Source: a virus
Direction: 5' to 3' (one strand)
Length of the DNA stretch: 64,000 nt
Virus record (IMG/VR): IMGVR_UViG_3300033149_002975
Location: 38,812-102,811 of that record
Shown here: positions 47,608-57,093 of the stretch, piece by piece
How the letters are laid out: every line of letters starts with the position of its first letter
Numbering within the stretch: the stretch's first letter is position 1
Made by a program: the position numbers and the translations under genes
Notes under the pieces: model-generated
What the model was told of the DNA's origin: nothing
The model's input: only the letters and a program-made list of their open reading frames with translations
Database searches by the model: none

Positions 47608-47937
47608 ATAGGTGGAGGTTAACGTGATAGCCAAAAAGAAACCCGGTGACATATTATGTGGTATGTTTGGTTGTGTTAACGAAGAAACATCAAAACAATC
47701 ACGTAGTTGCAGACAATGTGCTGAAATAAATCCAGAATTGTACAAAGAATGTATGAAACAAAATGCCTTGATGCGCATAAAAATAAATAGGTGGAGGTTA
47801 ACATGATAGCCAAAAAGAAACCCGGTGACAAATCGTGTGTAATGTTTGGGTGTGTTAATGAAGAAACATCAAAACAATCACCTCGTTGCAAACAGTGTGC
47901 CAAAATAAATCCAGAATTGTACAAAGAATGTATGAAA
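47605..47937 (+). repeat. Direct duplication of about 154 bp (period 179 bp) including RBS and Cys-rich domain
   Basis: taaataggtggaggttaac..tgtatgaaa at 47605-47758 and 47784-47937. Confidence 0.9.
47624..47806 (+). CDS. Cys-rich small protein (duplicated N-terminal domain of the next gene)
   Basis: GGAGG RBS, GTG start; C.MFGC..C.QC..C. Confidence 0.55.
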   Translation: MIAKKKPGDILCGMFGCVNEETSKQSRSCRQCAEINPELYKECMKQNALMRIKINRWRLT

Positions 47938-48360
47938 GAAGGTAATATACTTTTGAATACCAATATACGTGTTGATGTAAATGGAAAAACTTTTACAGAA
48001 ATTAAATTGCCAAATAAACGTTCTATTATAAAACCAACAGAAAGGAATGAAAGACATATGGAACCAAAAGTAGAAAAACCGGAACAAATGAAAACAAATG
48101 ATAATATAAACCTTACAAAGAATTTAGAACAAACTGGAGATAAGAAAACGACGGTTGTTCGTGGGGGTCAAACGGTTGGAATTTTGGAAACCGCCAAAAA
48201 GTTGTTGTTGGAAGGAAAATCATACAATGATGTATTGCAATCTCTGATTGCTATCTATATGGGGGTGGGCAGGGATGCTAAAAGAGCAAAGCATAATGCA
48301 CAAAGTACGGTTTTTAATGCTATGAAACGTCTTGGATTGAAAAAACCAACGGAAGAATAA
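47803..48360 (+). CDS. Cys-rich N-terminal domain plus C-terminal helical, possibly DNA-binding, domain
   Basis: GGAGG RBS, ATG at 47803. Confidence 0.55.
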   Translation: MIAKKKPGDKSCVMFGCVNEETSKQSPRCKQCAKINPELYKECMKEGNILLNTNIRVDVNGKTFTEIKLPNKRSIIKPTERNERHMEPKVEKPEQMKTNDNINLTKNLEQTGDKKTTVVRGGQTVGILETAKKLLLEGKSYNDVLQSLIAIYMGVGRDAKRAKHNAQSTVFNAMKRLGLKKPTEE

Positions 48361-48367
48361 CCAATAA

Positions 48368-48440
48368 AGGGGTATAGCTCAGTTGGTAGAGCAACGGCCT
48401 TTTAAGCCGTAGGTCCTGGGTTCGAGTCCCAGTGCCCCTA
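48368..48440 (+). tRNA. tRNA-Lys(UUU), CCA not encoded
   Basis: AGGGGTA/TGCCCCT acceptor; GCTC/GAGC D stem; ACGGC-CTTTTAA-GCCGT; CTGGG-TTCGAGT-CCCAG. Confidence 0.95.
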
Positions 48441-48496
48441 CTTTAGAAAAGCAAATAAAAACTGTTTAAAGATTCAAATAATCCAGGGAATGAAAC

Positions 48497-49573
48497 ATGA
48501 AAAATTCGGAGATAAAAATATTACAGGGATTAATTGAAACCCCATCACCGTCCGGATTTGAAGAAAAAATAGCCGAAATGATTAAGAATGAACTGCTTAA
48601 CTATTTACCAAGAACAAAGGTTAAAATAGATGAACAGAAAAATGTAATTGCAATCATTAAGGGAAAATCCAATAAAACAATAATAATCGATGCACACAGT
48701 GACCAAATTGGATTTATAGTTAATAATATAGACAAAGAGGGTTTTATAAGTTTACAATATATAGGGGGCGGTGATAAATCAATACTTAGTGCTAGAAATT
48801 TAATAATATTGACGGATAAAGGAAAAATAAATGCTGTTGTAAATAGAAAACATTCACATCTAATTGATGATGAAGATGATGAATCAATAGTGGAAATGAA
48901 AGATGTCGTAGTAGATATTGGAATAAGAAAAAAGAGAAGCGTTAAATCGAAAGTAAAAATTGGTGACCCGGTAGTTTATAAACCGCATTTTAGCCATTTA
49001 ACGGAAAGTTATTACTCCGGCTGTGGGTTTGATGATAAATCGGGGTGTTTTATATTAATAGAAACAATAAAAAACATTATAAAATCAAAAATCAAGCCAA
49101 TTCCTACATTAATTTTTACTTTCTCAACACAAGAAGAAGTTGGGGGCAAAAAGTTCAAACCGATTGTTAATAAATACAAACCAAATTTGTTTATAGAAGT
49201 TGACGCGACATTTGCAACCGATTGGAATGATGATGGTGTCTTGGAAAGAGAATCAGGAAATTGCAAACTTGGAGGCGGCATAGTTTTATTCCGTGGTGTA
49301 GATATAGATAAAAAGAGCTTAAAATTAATAACATCAATAGCAAGAAAAAATAGAATAAAAATTCAGTACCAGGCATCAACTGGTGACGGTGGAACAATAA
49401 ATTATTGTGTATCGTCGCTTGAAAATGGAATTAAAACTTTACTTATCGGTATTCCACTAAGAAATATGCATACGCCTGTTGAAATAATCAATTTAAGAGA
49501 TTTGAATTATGGTTCCCAACTTTTAACCAATTTCTTATTGAATAAAAGAATTGATATGATTTTTAATAATTAA
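48497..49573 (+). CDS. M42-family metallo-aminopeptidase
   Basis: PSPSGFE, DAHSDQIG, FDDKSG, TQEEVG, EVDATFA, RNMHTPVE. Confidence 0.9.
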   Translation: MKNSEIKILQGLIETPSPSGFEEKIAEMIKNELLNYLPRTKVKIDEQKNVIAIIKGKSNKTIIIDAHSDQIGFIVNNIDKEGFISLQYIGGGDKSILSARNLIILTDKGKINAVVNRKHSHLIDDEDDESIVEMKDVVVDIGIRKKRSVKSKVKIGDPVVYKPHFSHLTESYYSGCGFDDKSGCFILIETIKNIIKSKIKPIPTLIFTFSTQEEVGGKKFKPIVNKYKPNLFIEVDATFATDWNDDGVLERESGNCKLGGGIVLFRGVDIDKKSLKLITSIARKNRIKIQYQASTGDGGTINYCVSSLENGIKTLLIGIPLRNMHTPVEIINLRDLNYGSQLLTNFLLNKRIDMIFNN

Positions 49574-49590
49574 ATGTGGAGAATTAACAA

Positions 49591-50658
49591 ATGAATATTA
49601 ATAGACAGGAATTGATTGACAGTCTAGAAATAGTTGAACACGCATTGGGTGATAATAATGATCCAAATGAACAATCAAGAATGGAGCGTCAGAGCTTTAG
49701 ATTTAATGGGACCACAATATATGCAACTAATGGAAGAATGGCCGTCGAAACCCTGTTACCATTTGACGTTGGTGCACAATGCTGTGTCCATGGCAAATCT
49801 TTATTGAATTTTTTAAGAAGTTTGGGAAGTGATAGTGTATCCATAGAATTTGGAAAAAAACAATTGACGGTTTCTGCATCCGGTGTTGAGGGGAAATTTG
49901 TAACTTCTCCTTATAAAGAATACGAACATATCATTAACAAATATAAAAAACCAACAGCGTTAAAAAATCAAGTAAACGAAATATTGTCGGGGATGGAAAA
50001 TTGTAAAAAATTTGTATCGAAAGATAAAACATTAGGTTCATTGTGCGGGGTTAAAATCGATAAAAATTTCATAATAGCAAGTGATAGAACTAGAATAATT
50101 AAATATGAAGTACCATCGGTAATTACTGAATGTGTAATACCAACAGCGTTTATTGATGTTCTGTTAAAATATAAAGACGACATACGTGATATACAAATGA
50201 ACGATATGGGGTTATTGGGATTCTTTGGTGATTCAGCGATTGCAACAGCAATTTATGGTGACGGATACCCAGATTTAAATAAATATTTCCCAAAAGACGA
50301 AGCAAATTCTATTCGTATAATATTTGAAAAACCGGATGAATTTAAAAAAGCATTGGGTAGACACATCGCATTGTTGAAAGACGTTGATCTGTCGGAGAAA
50401 GACACTTGCATTGAAATATCAAATAAAATTTGCAAATTGACAACAACCAGTAAATCTATTGGGACAATAAAAGAATCATTCGAAATTGAAAAAACCGCAA
50501 TTAACACCACAGTAAAATTCTACGTGGACCCATTACTGCTAAAACAATCAATCGGCAATTGTTCCGGGTTTGCATTTTATCTGGAAACGAAACTTATACT
50601 ATTTGTTGATGAAAATTTAAAATGTTTACTGCAAACGAGGAGACCCGTCACAACGTAG
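49591..50658 (+). CDS. dnaN: Sliding clamp (DnaN/beta-like)
   Basis: 355 aa; INRQELIDSL, YATNG, IASDRTRI, YPDLNKYFP. Confidence 0.7.
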   Translation: MNINRQELIDSLEIVEHALGDNNDPNEQSRMERQSFRFNGTTIYATNGRMAVETLLPFDVGAQCCVHGKSLLNFLRSLGSDSVSIEFGKKQLTVSASGVEGKFVTSPYKEYEHIINKYKKPTALKNQVNEILSGMENCKKFVSKDKTLGSLCGVKIDKNFIIASDRTRIIKYEVPSVITECVIPTAFIDVLLKYKDDIRDIQMNDMGLLGFFGDSAIATAIYGDGYPDLNKYFPKDEANSIRIIFEKPDEFKKALGRHIALLKDVDLSEKDTCIEISNKICKLTTTSKSIGTIKESFEIEKTAINTTVKFYVDPLLLKQSIGNCSGFAFYLETKLILFVDENLKCLLQTRRPVTT

Positions 50659-50667
50659 GAAAATAAT

Positions 50668-50892
50668 ATGCAATTAAGTCCTGGAATTTATCACAAAGTT
50701 AAATGCGTTGATACGTTTAGTCCTGATATGCACATACAACAATTGTCAGATATTGAGATTGCGTGTCAAATAGCAAACAAAAAGGCAAAAAAGGGGGTGA
50801 AAATCATATGTTATTATGAAGATATAAGATGTGGGTTACAATTAATGGGCTTAAAAATCAATTGTAGTGATTGTCCATTTAGGAAATCATAA
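50668..50892 (+). CDS. Small Cys-rich hypothetical protein
   Basis: CSDCPF C-terminus. Confidence 0.45.
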   Translation: MQLSPGIYHKVKCVDTFSPDMHIQQLSDIEIACQIANKKAKKGVKIICYYEDIRCGLQLMGLKINCSDCPFRKS

Positions 50893-53459
50893 TGAATGAA
50901 CAAGGTACATTTTTTATTGGGGATATTGCAGAGATAACTGGTTCATCAAAAATCGGAAAACGCAGTCGTACTAGACATTCGACGAAAAAATCCGAACCAA
51001 AAATATTTGATTGCGAAACTTGCGGTCTGTATAAATCTTGCAAATCACCAAAAATCACTAAATTTGGAAAAGGTGAAAGATCCATATTATTTGTGGGTCT
51101 TTGTCCGGGTAGACAGGAAGATAATTCAAGACCCCCTACACCATTTGTTGGTGCTTCCGGTAATTTCTTGAGTAAAAATTGTGAATTGTGTGGTATTGAT
51201 TTATACAACGATTGTTGGAGAACGAATATCGTAGAATGCTATCCTGGAAGAGATGCCAGGGGCAGGGACAAAAAACCAACTAATACACAAATAAAATGCT
51301 GTTCACAAAATATCCAAAGAGAAATTGAGGAATGCAGACCACAATTGATTATTTGTCTTGGGACGGAAGCCACGAAAGCTATATTGAAAACTACTGCGAT
51401 TTCCTCACCAAATGTTACACAACTTCACGGAAAAGTTTTCCCATACCACAAATTGAATTGCTGGGTCGGTGTTTTATATCACCCATCTTATTTTTTACAC
51501 AAAAAGAATAATGATGATGGAGTGTCCAGCGAATTAATATTTACTTACGATTTAGCAAACATTTTGGGGGTCTTGGATTTACCATTACCAAAACCATTTA
51601 CAAATGAGAATAATGAATTTGTTACGAATGTTGACGAAGCATTAAAAATTTTTGATAAATTTTCGAAATCAGAAGATGTAGTAGCATTTGATTATGAATG
51701 CACAAGCTTGTCACCACTAACACCGGGTGCAAGAATTATTAATATATCATTATCTAATGATAAAAATAAAGGTTATTATATACCAATAGACCTAAAAGAT
51801 AACATCACCAACAAATATTTTTGGAATGATATTGATAGGCAAAAAATCAAAGAAGCTCTGAAAAGTTTTATAACAAGTGATTCACCAAAGACAATCCAAA
51901 ATTATCAGATGGAGGAATTGTGGAGCAGGGTAGTTCTTAACGTATCAATAAATCATTTTGTCCACGACACGATGATTTCCAATCACGTAATAAATAATAA
52001 AACCGGTACAAATAATTTAGCATTTCAAGCATATGAATTTAATGGTCAGGAATATAAAAACGAAATTAATATAGAAAAAATTGAAGAATGTGATATAGAA
52101 AAACAAGTTAATTATGCGTGTTTTGACAGCCGTCATACAATAGCTGCTTATCATGATCAACACAAACAATTAAAGTCCGATAAAAAATTAGCGGCTTTTA
52201 ATGAAATGTTTACCCGCAGTTTACCAACATTGGTTAATTTGAAAGAACGTGGAATAAGAGTCTCCGTGGAAGCTTTGGACGACGTTGAATCAAAATTTAC
52301 TAGAAAATTAAATGAAAAATTAGCAGCTATACGGCAAAACGAGCAAGTGCGGAAATTTGAAAAAGATACTGGAACAACATTCAATCCAAATTCACCAAAA
52401 CAATGGAATAAAATATTATACGGTGGGTATAAATTACCACCAATATTAACTGACGCCGGTAATGAATCAACGAGCAATGAAGCATTGGAAATTATATTGA
52501 CAAAAACTGGCAATCCGGAAGTCAAAGAATTGTTGGGGCACTTATTTAGGTATAGAAAATATGTAGATGTTATAAAAAAAGTTGCTTCTAAACCATCTGA
52601 AAATTCAAAGCAAATTGGTTTGTTTAGAAGATTAATATATCCAGATGGGAAAATTCACCCAACGACAAATCTTCATACAGTGCCTACCTATCGCTCATCG
52701 GTGACTAATCCACCAACACAAAATATGTATAAACACGACGCAGAGTGTAGAGAAGTCCGTCGATGTTTTATTCCGGAACCCGGACATGTTTTATTAGAGG
52801 GTGATTATAAAGCCCACGAAGCACGAAATATAGGAATGGCATCTGGTGATGTAGAATTAATTAGACAAACCGTGGCAAAAATTGATATTCATAAAAAATG
52901 GGCGGGAAAAATTTATAATGTACCAATAGATAAAGTATCAAAGGATCAAAAGTGGTTAGGCAAAAACGGGTTTGTATTTCCATCAATTTATGGATCAAAA
53001 CCACCGGCAATTTCTAAACATTTAGGTGTTTCCAAAGATTTAATTAGTAGATTACAGGAAGAATTATGGGCTGAGTTTTCTGGTGTTCACGAATGGCAAA
53101 AACGGCTGATAAAATTCTACAATGAAAACGGATATGTCGAAGGTTTAACAGGTTACAGATGTTATGGACCGTTGACTGCATATCAAATTTTCAATTTTCC
53201 CATACAAGGGGGAAGCTTTCACATATTATTAGATTCAATGGTTGAACTTGATAATTATTTAATAAATAATGGATTTAAAAGTCGAATAATCAATGAATGC
53301 CACGATGCAATAATTATAGACACGGACCCGGAAGAAATAGATGACGTGGTGGCTGCCGGTACTGAAATAATGACAAGGAAACGATGGCCGTGGATGACAG
53401 TCCCTCTCGATGTGTCGTGGGAGTGTGGACCAAATTACTTTGAAATGAAAGAAATATAA
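50892..53459 (+). CDS. polA: Family A DNA polymerase with N-terminal family-4 UDG-like domain and 3'-5' exonuclease
   Basis: CETC..C, PFVGASG, YHPS; FDYEC, HDTM, YACFD; YRSS..P..QN, DYKAHE.R, K..FVFPSIYG, NFPIQG, HDA. Confidence 0.92.
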   Translation: MNEQGTFFIGDIAEITGSSKIGKRSRTRHSTKKSEPKIFDCETCGLYKSCKSPKITKFGKGERSILFVGLCPGRQEDNSRPPTPFVGASGNFLSKNCELCGIDLYNDCWRTNIVECYPGRDARGRDKKPTNTQIKCCSQNIQREIEECRPQLIICLGTEATKAILKTTAISSPNVTQLHGKVFPYHKLNCWVGVLYHPSYFLHKKNNDDGVSSELIFTYDLANILGVLDLPLPKPFTNENNEFVTNVDEALKIFDKFSKSEDVVAFDYECTSLSPLTPGARIINISLSNDKNKGYYIPIDLKDNITNKYFWNDIDRQKIKEALKSFITSDSPKTIQNYQMEELWSRVVLNVSINHFVHDTMISNHVINNKTGTNNLAFQAYEFNGQEYKNEINIEKIEECDIEKQVNYACFDSRHTIAAYHDQHKQLKSDKKLAAFNEMFTRSLPTLVNLKERGIRVSVEALDDVESKFTRKLNEKLAAIRQNEQVRKFEKDTGTTFNPNSPKQWNKILYGGYKLPPILTDAGNESTSNEALEIILTKTGNPEVKELLGHLFRYRKYVDVIKKVASKPSENSKQIGLFRRLIYPDGKIHPTTNLHTVPTYRSSVTNPPTQNMYKHDAECREVRRCFIPEPGHVLLEGDYKAHEARNIGMASGDVELIRQTVAKIDIHKKWAGKIYNVPIDKVSKDQKWLGKNGFVFPSIYGSKPPAISKHLGVSKDLISRLQEELWAEFSGVHEWQKRLIKFYNENGYVEGLTGYRCYGPLTAYQIFNFPIQGGSFHILLDSMVELDNYLINNGFKSRIINECHDAIIIDTDPEEIDDVVAAGTEIMTRKRWPWMTVPLDVSWECGPNYFEMKEI

Positions 53460-53492
53460 TTTAAATAAATTTTTACAAAGGAAATCATAGTT

Positions 53493-53903
53493 GTGAAAAA
53501 AATTGTTATATGGGTTTGCGAAGATGATAAATCTCTTTGGGAGTACCAAAGAGAAGTTATAAAGGAAGAATTTCCTAAAGCAAGAGTAAAGTTTTTCCTT
53601 AATGCCGGATACGCTGCAAGAGAAACTGGAAGTCCCGATTTTATACTTATAGATGTTGGTGGCTTAATGAGTTTAGGTTGTGATGTAGTTTTTCTAACAA
53701 GAGCTAATATAGAGGGTTTAGCTGATTTACATCCGGGGACTATTTTTATTATAAATTCGGCAATAGGTATATATGCAAAAGACGTTTATGATGAATTAAA
53801 ACCAGAAATTAAAGCCGTATCAAAGTGGTGTGATGGTTGTAATATGGATGAAAAAATTCTTAATACAATAAAAGAATACTTGGGAGGTGGAACCCACGAA
53901 TAA
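53493..53903 (+). CDS. Receiver-like domain protein
   Basis: IWVCEDD..PDFILID..IINSA. Confidence 0.55.
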   Translation: MKKIVIWVCEDDKSLWEYQREVIKEEFPKARVKFFLNAGYAARETGSPDFILIDVGGLMSLGCDVVFLTRANIEGLADLHPGTIFIINSAIGIYAKDVYDELKPEIKAVSKWCDGCNMDEKILNTIKEYLGGGTHE

Positions 53904-53970
53904 AGTGTTAGAAATACCCAAACGTATAATTAAAGTAGCGGGGTGGTATTAAGATATATAGGGGTTTAAT

Positions 53971-54918
53971 ATGTTATACCAAAAAGTTCGCCCAAAAAAT
54001 TTGGATGATATAATTGGCAACAACACGACAATGTCCGCCATTAAATCAATGTTGGTATCAAGTGAGAAACCGCACGTTATATTGATAAAAGGACCGACGG
54101 GTTGTGGAAAGACCACTGTTGCAAGAATACTAGCAACGAAATTTGATTGTAAACCAGAAAATATATTAGAATATAACGCTGCCAATACGCGTGGTATAGA
54201 TACAATTAGAGAGATATCAAATGGGTCGTACACGTTTGGTATTGGTGGTGGCAATAAAACTTATCTAATTGATGAATGTCACCAATTAACAAAAGAATCA
54301 CAAGAAGCAATGTTAAAAATTCTTGAGGATTGTTCAGAACACTGTTATTATATATTATTAACAACAAATCCAAACAACATAATAAAAACTGTTCGCAATC
54401 GGTGTACTGAATATGAGTTAAATAAATTAACAGAAAAAGAAATTAAAACTTTATTAAACAATGTTTGTAAATCGGAAAAATTGGAAATTGACCAAGATTT
54501 AATAGAAGCGATAGCTTGTACGTGCGATGGTTCACCAAGGGCGGCGTTAGTTTCTTTGGAACAAATAATTGGCGTGGAAAATATTGATGAAGCTTTGGAA
54601 TTATTGGTTAAAGGGACGATAAAAGACGCAAACATTTTAGATTTATGTAAATTATTAATAATGGATCCAGAATTACGATTCAAAAGGTGGCAAAAAATTA
54701 TTCAAACGTTCAATGAAATAAAAGTTGAACCAGAAGTAATAAGAAAAAGTATTATGACGTTCATATATAACAAATTGGTAAGGTGTAATAAGATTGAAGT
54801 AGCTATGGATTATGAATATTTGTTACATATATTTAATGTCTCTACATTTTATGGAGGTAAACCAGCATTGGGTGCATTAATTGCAAGAGCTTGCCTTAAT
54901 AAATCAAAGAAAATATAA
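53971..54918 (+). CDS. dnaX: Clamp loader (DnaX gamma/tau-like AAA+)
   Basis: LYQKVRP..IIGN, GPTGCGKTT, IDECHQLT, TVRNRC, DGSPRAA. Confidence 0.9.
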   Translation: MLYQKVRPKNLDDIIGNNTTMSAIKSMLVSSEKPHVILIKGPTGCGKTTVARILATKFDCKPENILEYNAANTRGIDTIREISNGSYTFGIGGGNKTYLIDECHQLTKESQEAMLKILEDCSEHCYYILLTTNPNNIIKTVRNRCTEYELNKLTEKEIKTLLNNVCKSEKLEIDQDLIEAIACTCDGSPRAALVSLEQIIGVENIDEALELLVKGTIKDANILDLCKLLIMDPELRFKRWQKIIQTFNEIKVEPEVIRKSIMTFIYNKLVRCNKIEVAMDYEYLLHIFNVSTFYGGKPALGALIARACLNKSKKI

Positions 54919-54931
54919 AAAGGGGTTAATT

Positions 54932-55477
54932 ATGCCATACATTAAATCAGAAAAAAGACTTGAGTATGATAAAATAGTTAATAATTTAATTGATTTATGT
55001 GTTAGTCCATTCAAGGTATCACGTCATAATAAATCAATAGACGTGGAGGTAGAAAACGCTGTTAATTTATTGAATAAATACACCATTGTTGCTAATTATA
55101 CAGATAGTTGGAAAGGTGAACTAAATTATTTGATAAGCAAATTTATTCACGAATTAATAAGAGTTAACGGATTGAGATACCATGTATTAAATGATATCAT
55201 TGGGATGTTAGTTGGTTGTCAGTCCAATTTAGGTGCATTGTATTGGCGTGTTCCAAATGGATGGAAAAACGTATTTATATTGTTTATCACTCGTCTAATA
55301 CGTAATATAATTCCACAGGGTGATTTGTTGACAGTTAGTAATGAATTAAGGGGTGTTCTTGAATGTGTAAAATTAGAAATGTATCGTACAGTAGCTGCTA
55401 ATTATGAAGACAAGAAACGTTGGGAAAATGGTTCGGTTTCAAAAATAGACGATATATCAAGGGATAGAATGCGGTAA
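54932..55477 (+). CDS. Conserved phage protein (MPYIK..GELNY..LECVKLE.YR..YEDKK..NG type)
   Basis: AGGGG RBS, ATG at 54932. Confidence 0.6.
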   Translation: MPYIKSEKRLEYDKIVNNLIDLCVSPFKVSRHNKSIDVEVENAVNLLNKYTIVANYTDSWKGELNYLISKFIHELIRVNGLRYHVLNDIIGMLVGCQSNLGALYWRVPNGWKNVFILFITRLIRNIIPQGDLLTVSNELRGVLECVKLEMYRTVAANYEDKKRWENGSVSKIDDISRDRMR

Positions 55478-55534
55478 TGAACAACAAGAATGTTGAAAAA
55501 TTAACAAAATAACAAATTTAATAAGGGGTTAAAA

Positions 55535-56446
55535 ATGGGTAGTGAAAGAGCACAAGCAATGGTAAATGAAGCAAAAAATCCTTATGGAAAGCCAAGATGG
55601 TTGTACGTAGATCGGGATGAATTGGAAAGACTGGGCATTACGGAATTTAGAGCTGCGGTTGGTGACAATATAATAAGGATTATTCCACCGTCAGATCCAC
55701 GTACGCCGTGGGCAAAGCGTATATTTATTCATCGAAATATTGGAGCCAACAATTCAACATTTCTTTGCTTGGATAAGATGTTCAATAAGCCGTGTCCAAT
55801 TTGCGAATATGTTCAAAAATTAAAAGACGAAGACACGGATAGAGACACATTGTCGGCACTTTGGCCAAAACTCAGACACCTGATATTTCTCTATGATGTA
55901 ACCAGCCAACAAGAAGAAGAAAAGGGTCTTAGATGGTGGAACGCTCCAGCGTCAAAATCTTGCGCAATAGTTGAAAATATTGTTGCATTATCAAAAGATC
56001 CAAAAACCGGGGCACCATTGGATGTTTCAGATCCTGAGACAGGAATGGACATTAAATTTGTAAGAAAGGGTACTGATAGACAAACCACTTATATGGGTTA
56101 TCAATTAATAGAAAATGGTGCAATACCCAAAGAGTGGTACGAAAGTGTTCCAACATTTGAAAGCGTACTGGATATTCCAACTTATGAAGAAATGTATAAA
56201 GAATTACACGGTGTTTTACCGGAGAATGATGTAAAATCGCCTACTGGTGTTGATGAAAAAGAAACACCAGTTAATATACAACAGGAAACAGAACAACCAA
56301 CAGCACAGGAAACGAGGACAAGGCGATCATATAGAAGTGTTAATCAACAGGTAAACTCATCGGAGGATTCAAATATCGAACAATCAATTAATCAAAGACT
56401 TGAAGAAATAAAGAGAAGGCGTGCAGCAAGGGTTGACGGGGAATAA
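55535..56446 (+). CDS. Single-stranded DNA-binding protein (gp32-like)
   Basis: IRIIPP..H..CL..CPICE; DPETG.DI...RKG; position before uvsY and recA. Confidence 0.75.
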   Translation: MGSERAQAMVNEAKNPYGKPRWLYVDRDELERLGITEFRAAVGDNIIRIIPPSDPRTPWAKRIFIHRNIGANNSTFLCLDKMFNKPCPICEYVQKLKDEDTDRDTLSALWPKLRHLIFLYDVTSQQEEEKGLRWWNAPASKSCAIVENIVALSKDPKTGAPLDVSDPETGMDIKFVRKGTDRQTTYMGYQLIENGAIPKEWYESVPTFESVLDIPTYEEMYKELHGVLPENDVKSPTGVDEKETPVNIQQETEQPTAQETRTRRSYRSVNQQVNSSEDSNIEQSINQRLEEIKRRRAARVDGE

Positions 56447-56471
56447 ATTAAATTTAGAATAAAACCAAACA

Positions 56472-57029
56472 TTGGAGATTAAACAAATGGTCGATCAAGG
56501 AATGCTTCAAGAAATAAAAGATAAGTTGGAAACTTTTAGACAGCAATTACCAATAAATCAATTTCAATTGGAACTTGCTTGTATTGATCAGCCGGTATTG
56601 TATGACGAAGTCGGTCAATTGGTAACTGAATGGCGATCTATGGAAAAAATGGCAAATGATAAATTATCATTTATCCACGCAGACCAATCCGCAAGAATTC
56701 GTACTTCACCCGAAAAATATGGGGTGACAAAAATTACTGAAGGTTCTGTAGAATCAGCTATTCTATTGACCAGAGAGTATCAGGAAGCCGTAAAAGATAA
56801 AACAGAGATTGAAAAAATCGTTGGTTATCTGAAAACTTTGCAAACAGCCTTGGATCACAGAAAATCAGAACTAAACAATTTAGTTCAATTGTGGGTTCAT
56901 AATTATTACAGCAAATTGCAAGATATGGATATTGAAAGAAAAACCGTTGGTGAAATAACGGAACAACAAATTGTTCAGGAAAGAATTAAAAATGCTAAAA
57001 GGCGTAATGAAGAGGCAGAAACCAAATAA
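56472..57029 (+). CDS. Recombination mediator (UvsY-like)
   Basis: Helical; KITEGSVESAI..EYQEA..ALDHRK..L.NL; between SSB and RecA. Confidence 0.6.
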   Translation: MEIKQMVDQGMLQEIKDKLETFRQQLPINQFQLELACIDQPVLYDEVGQLVTEWRSMEKMANDKLSFIHADQSARIRTSPEKYGVTKITEGSVESAILLTREYQEAVKDKTEIEKIVGYLKTLQTALDHRKSELNNLVQLWVHNYYSKLQDMDIERKTVGEITEQQIVQERIKNAKRRNEEAETK

Positions 57030-57093
57030 AAATATCTGCAAATACTGAAAATCCACGCAAAGACCTGGATAGAATAAAATAAAGGAAAAGATA

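Noticed and set aside
47605-47937. Diversity-generating retroelement TR/VR pair
   Set aside because: Differences are not adenine-specific, the repeat includes an RBS and gene start, and no reverse transcriptase is in the window.
48368-48440. tRNA as prophage attachment site
   Set aside because: No integrase and no duplicated tRNA 3' end seen; phage genes continue on both sides.
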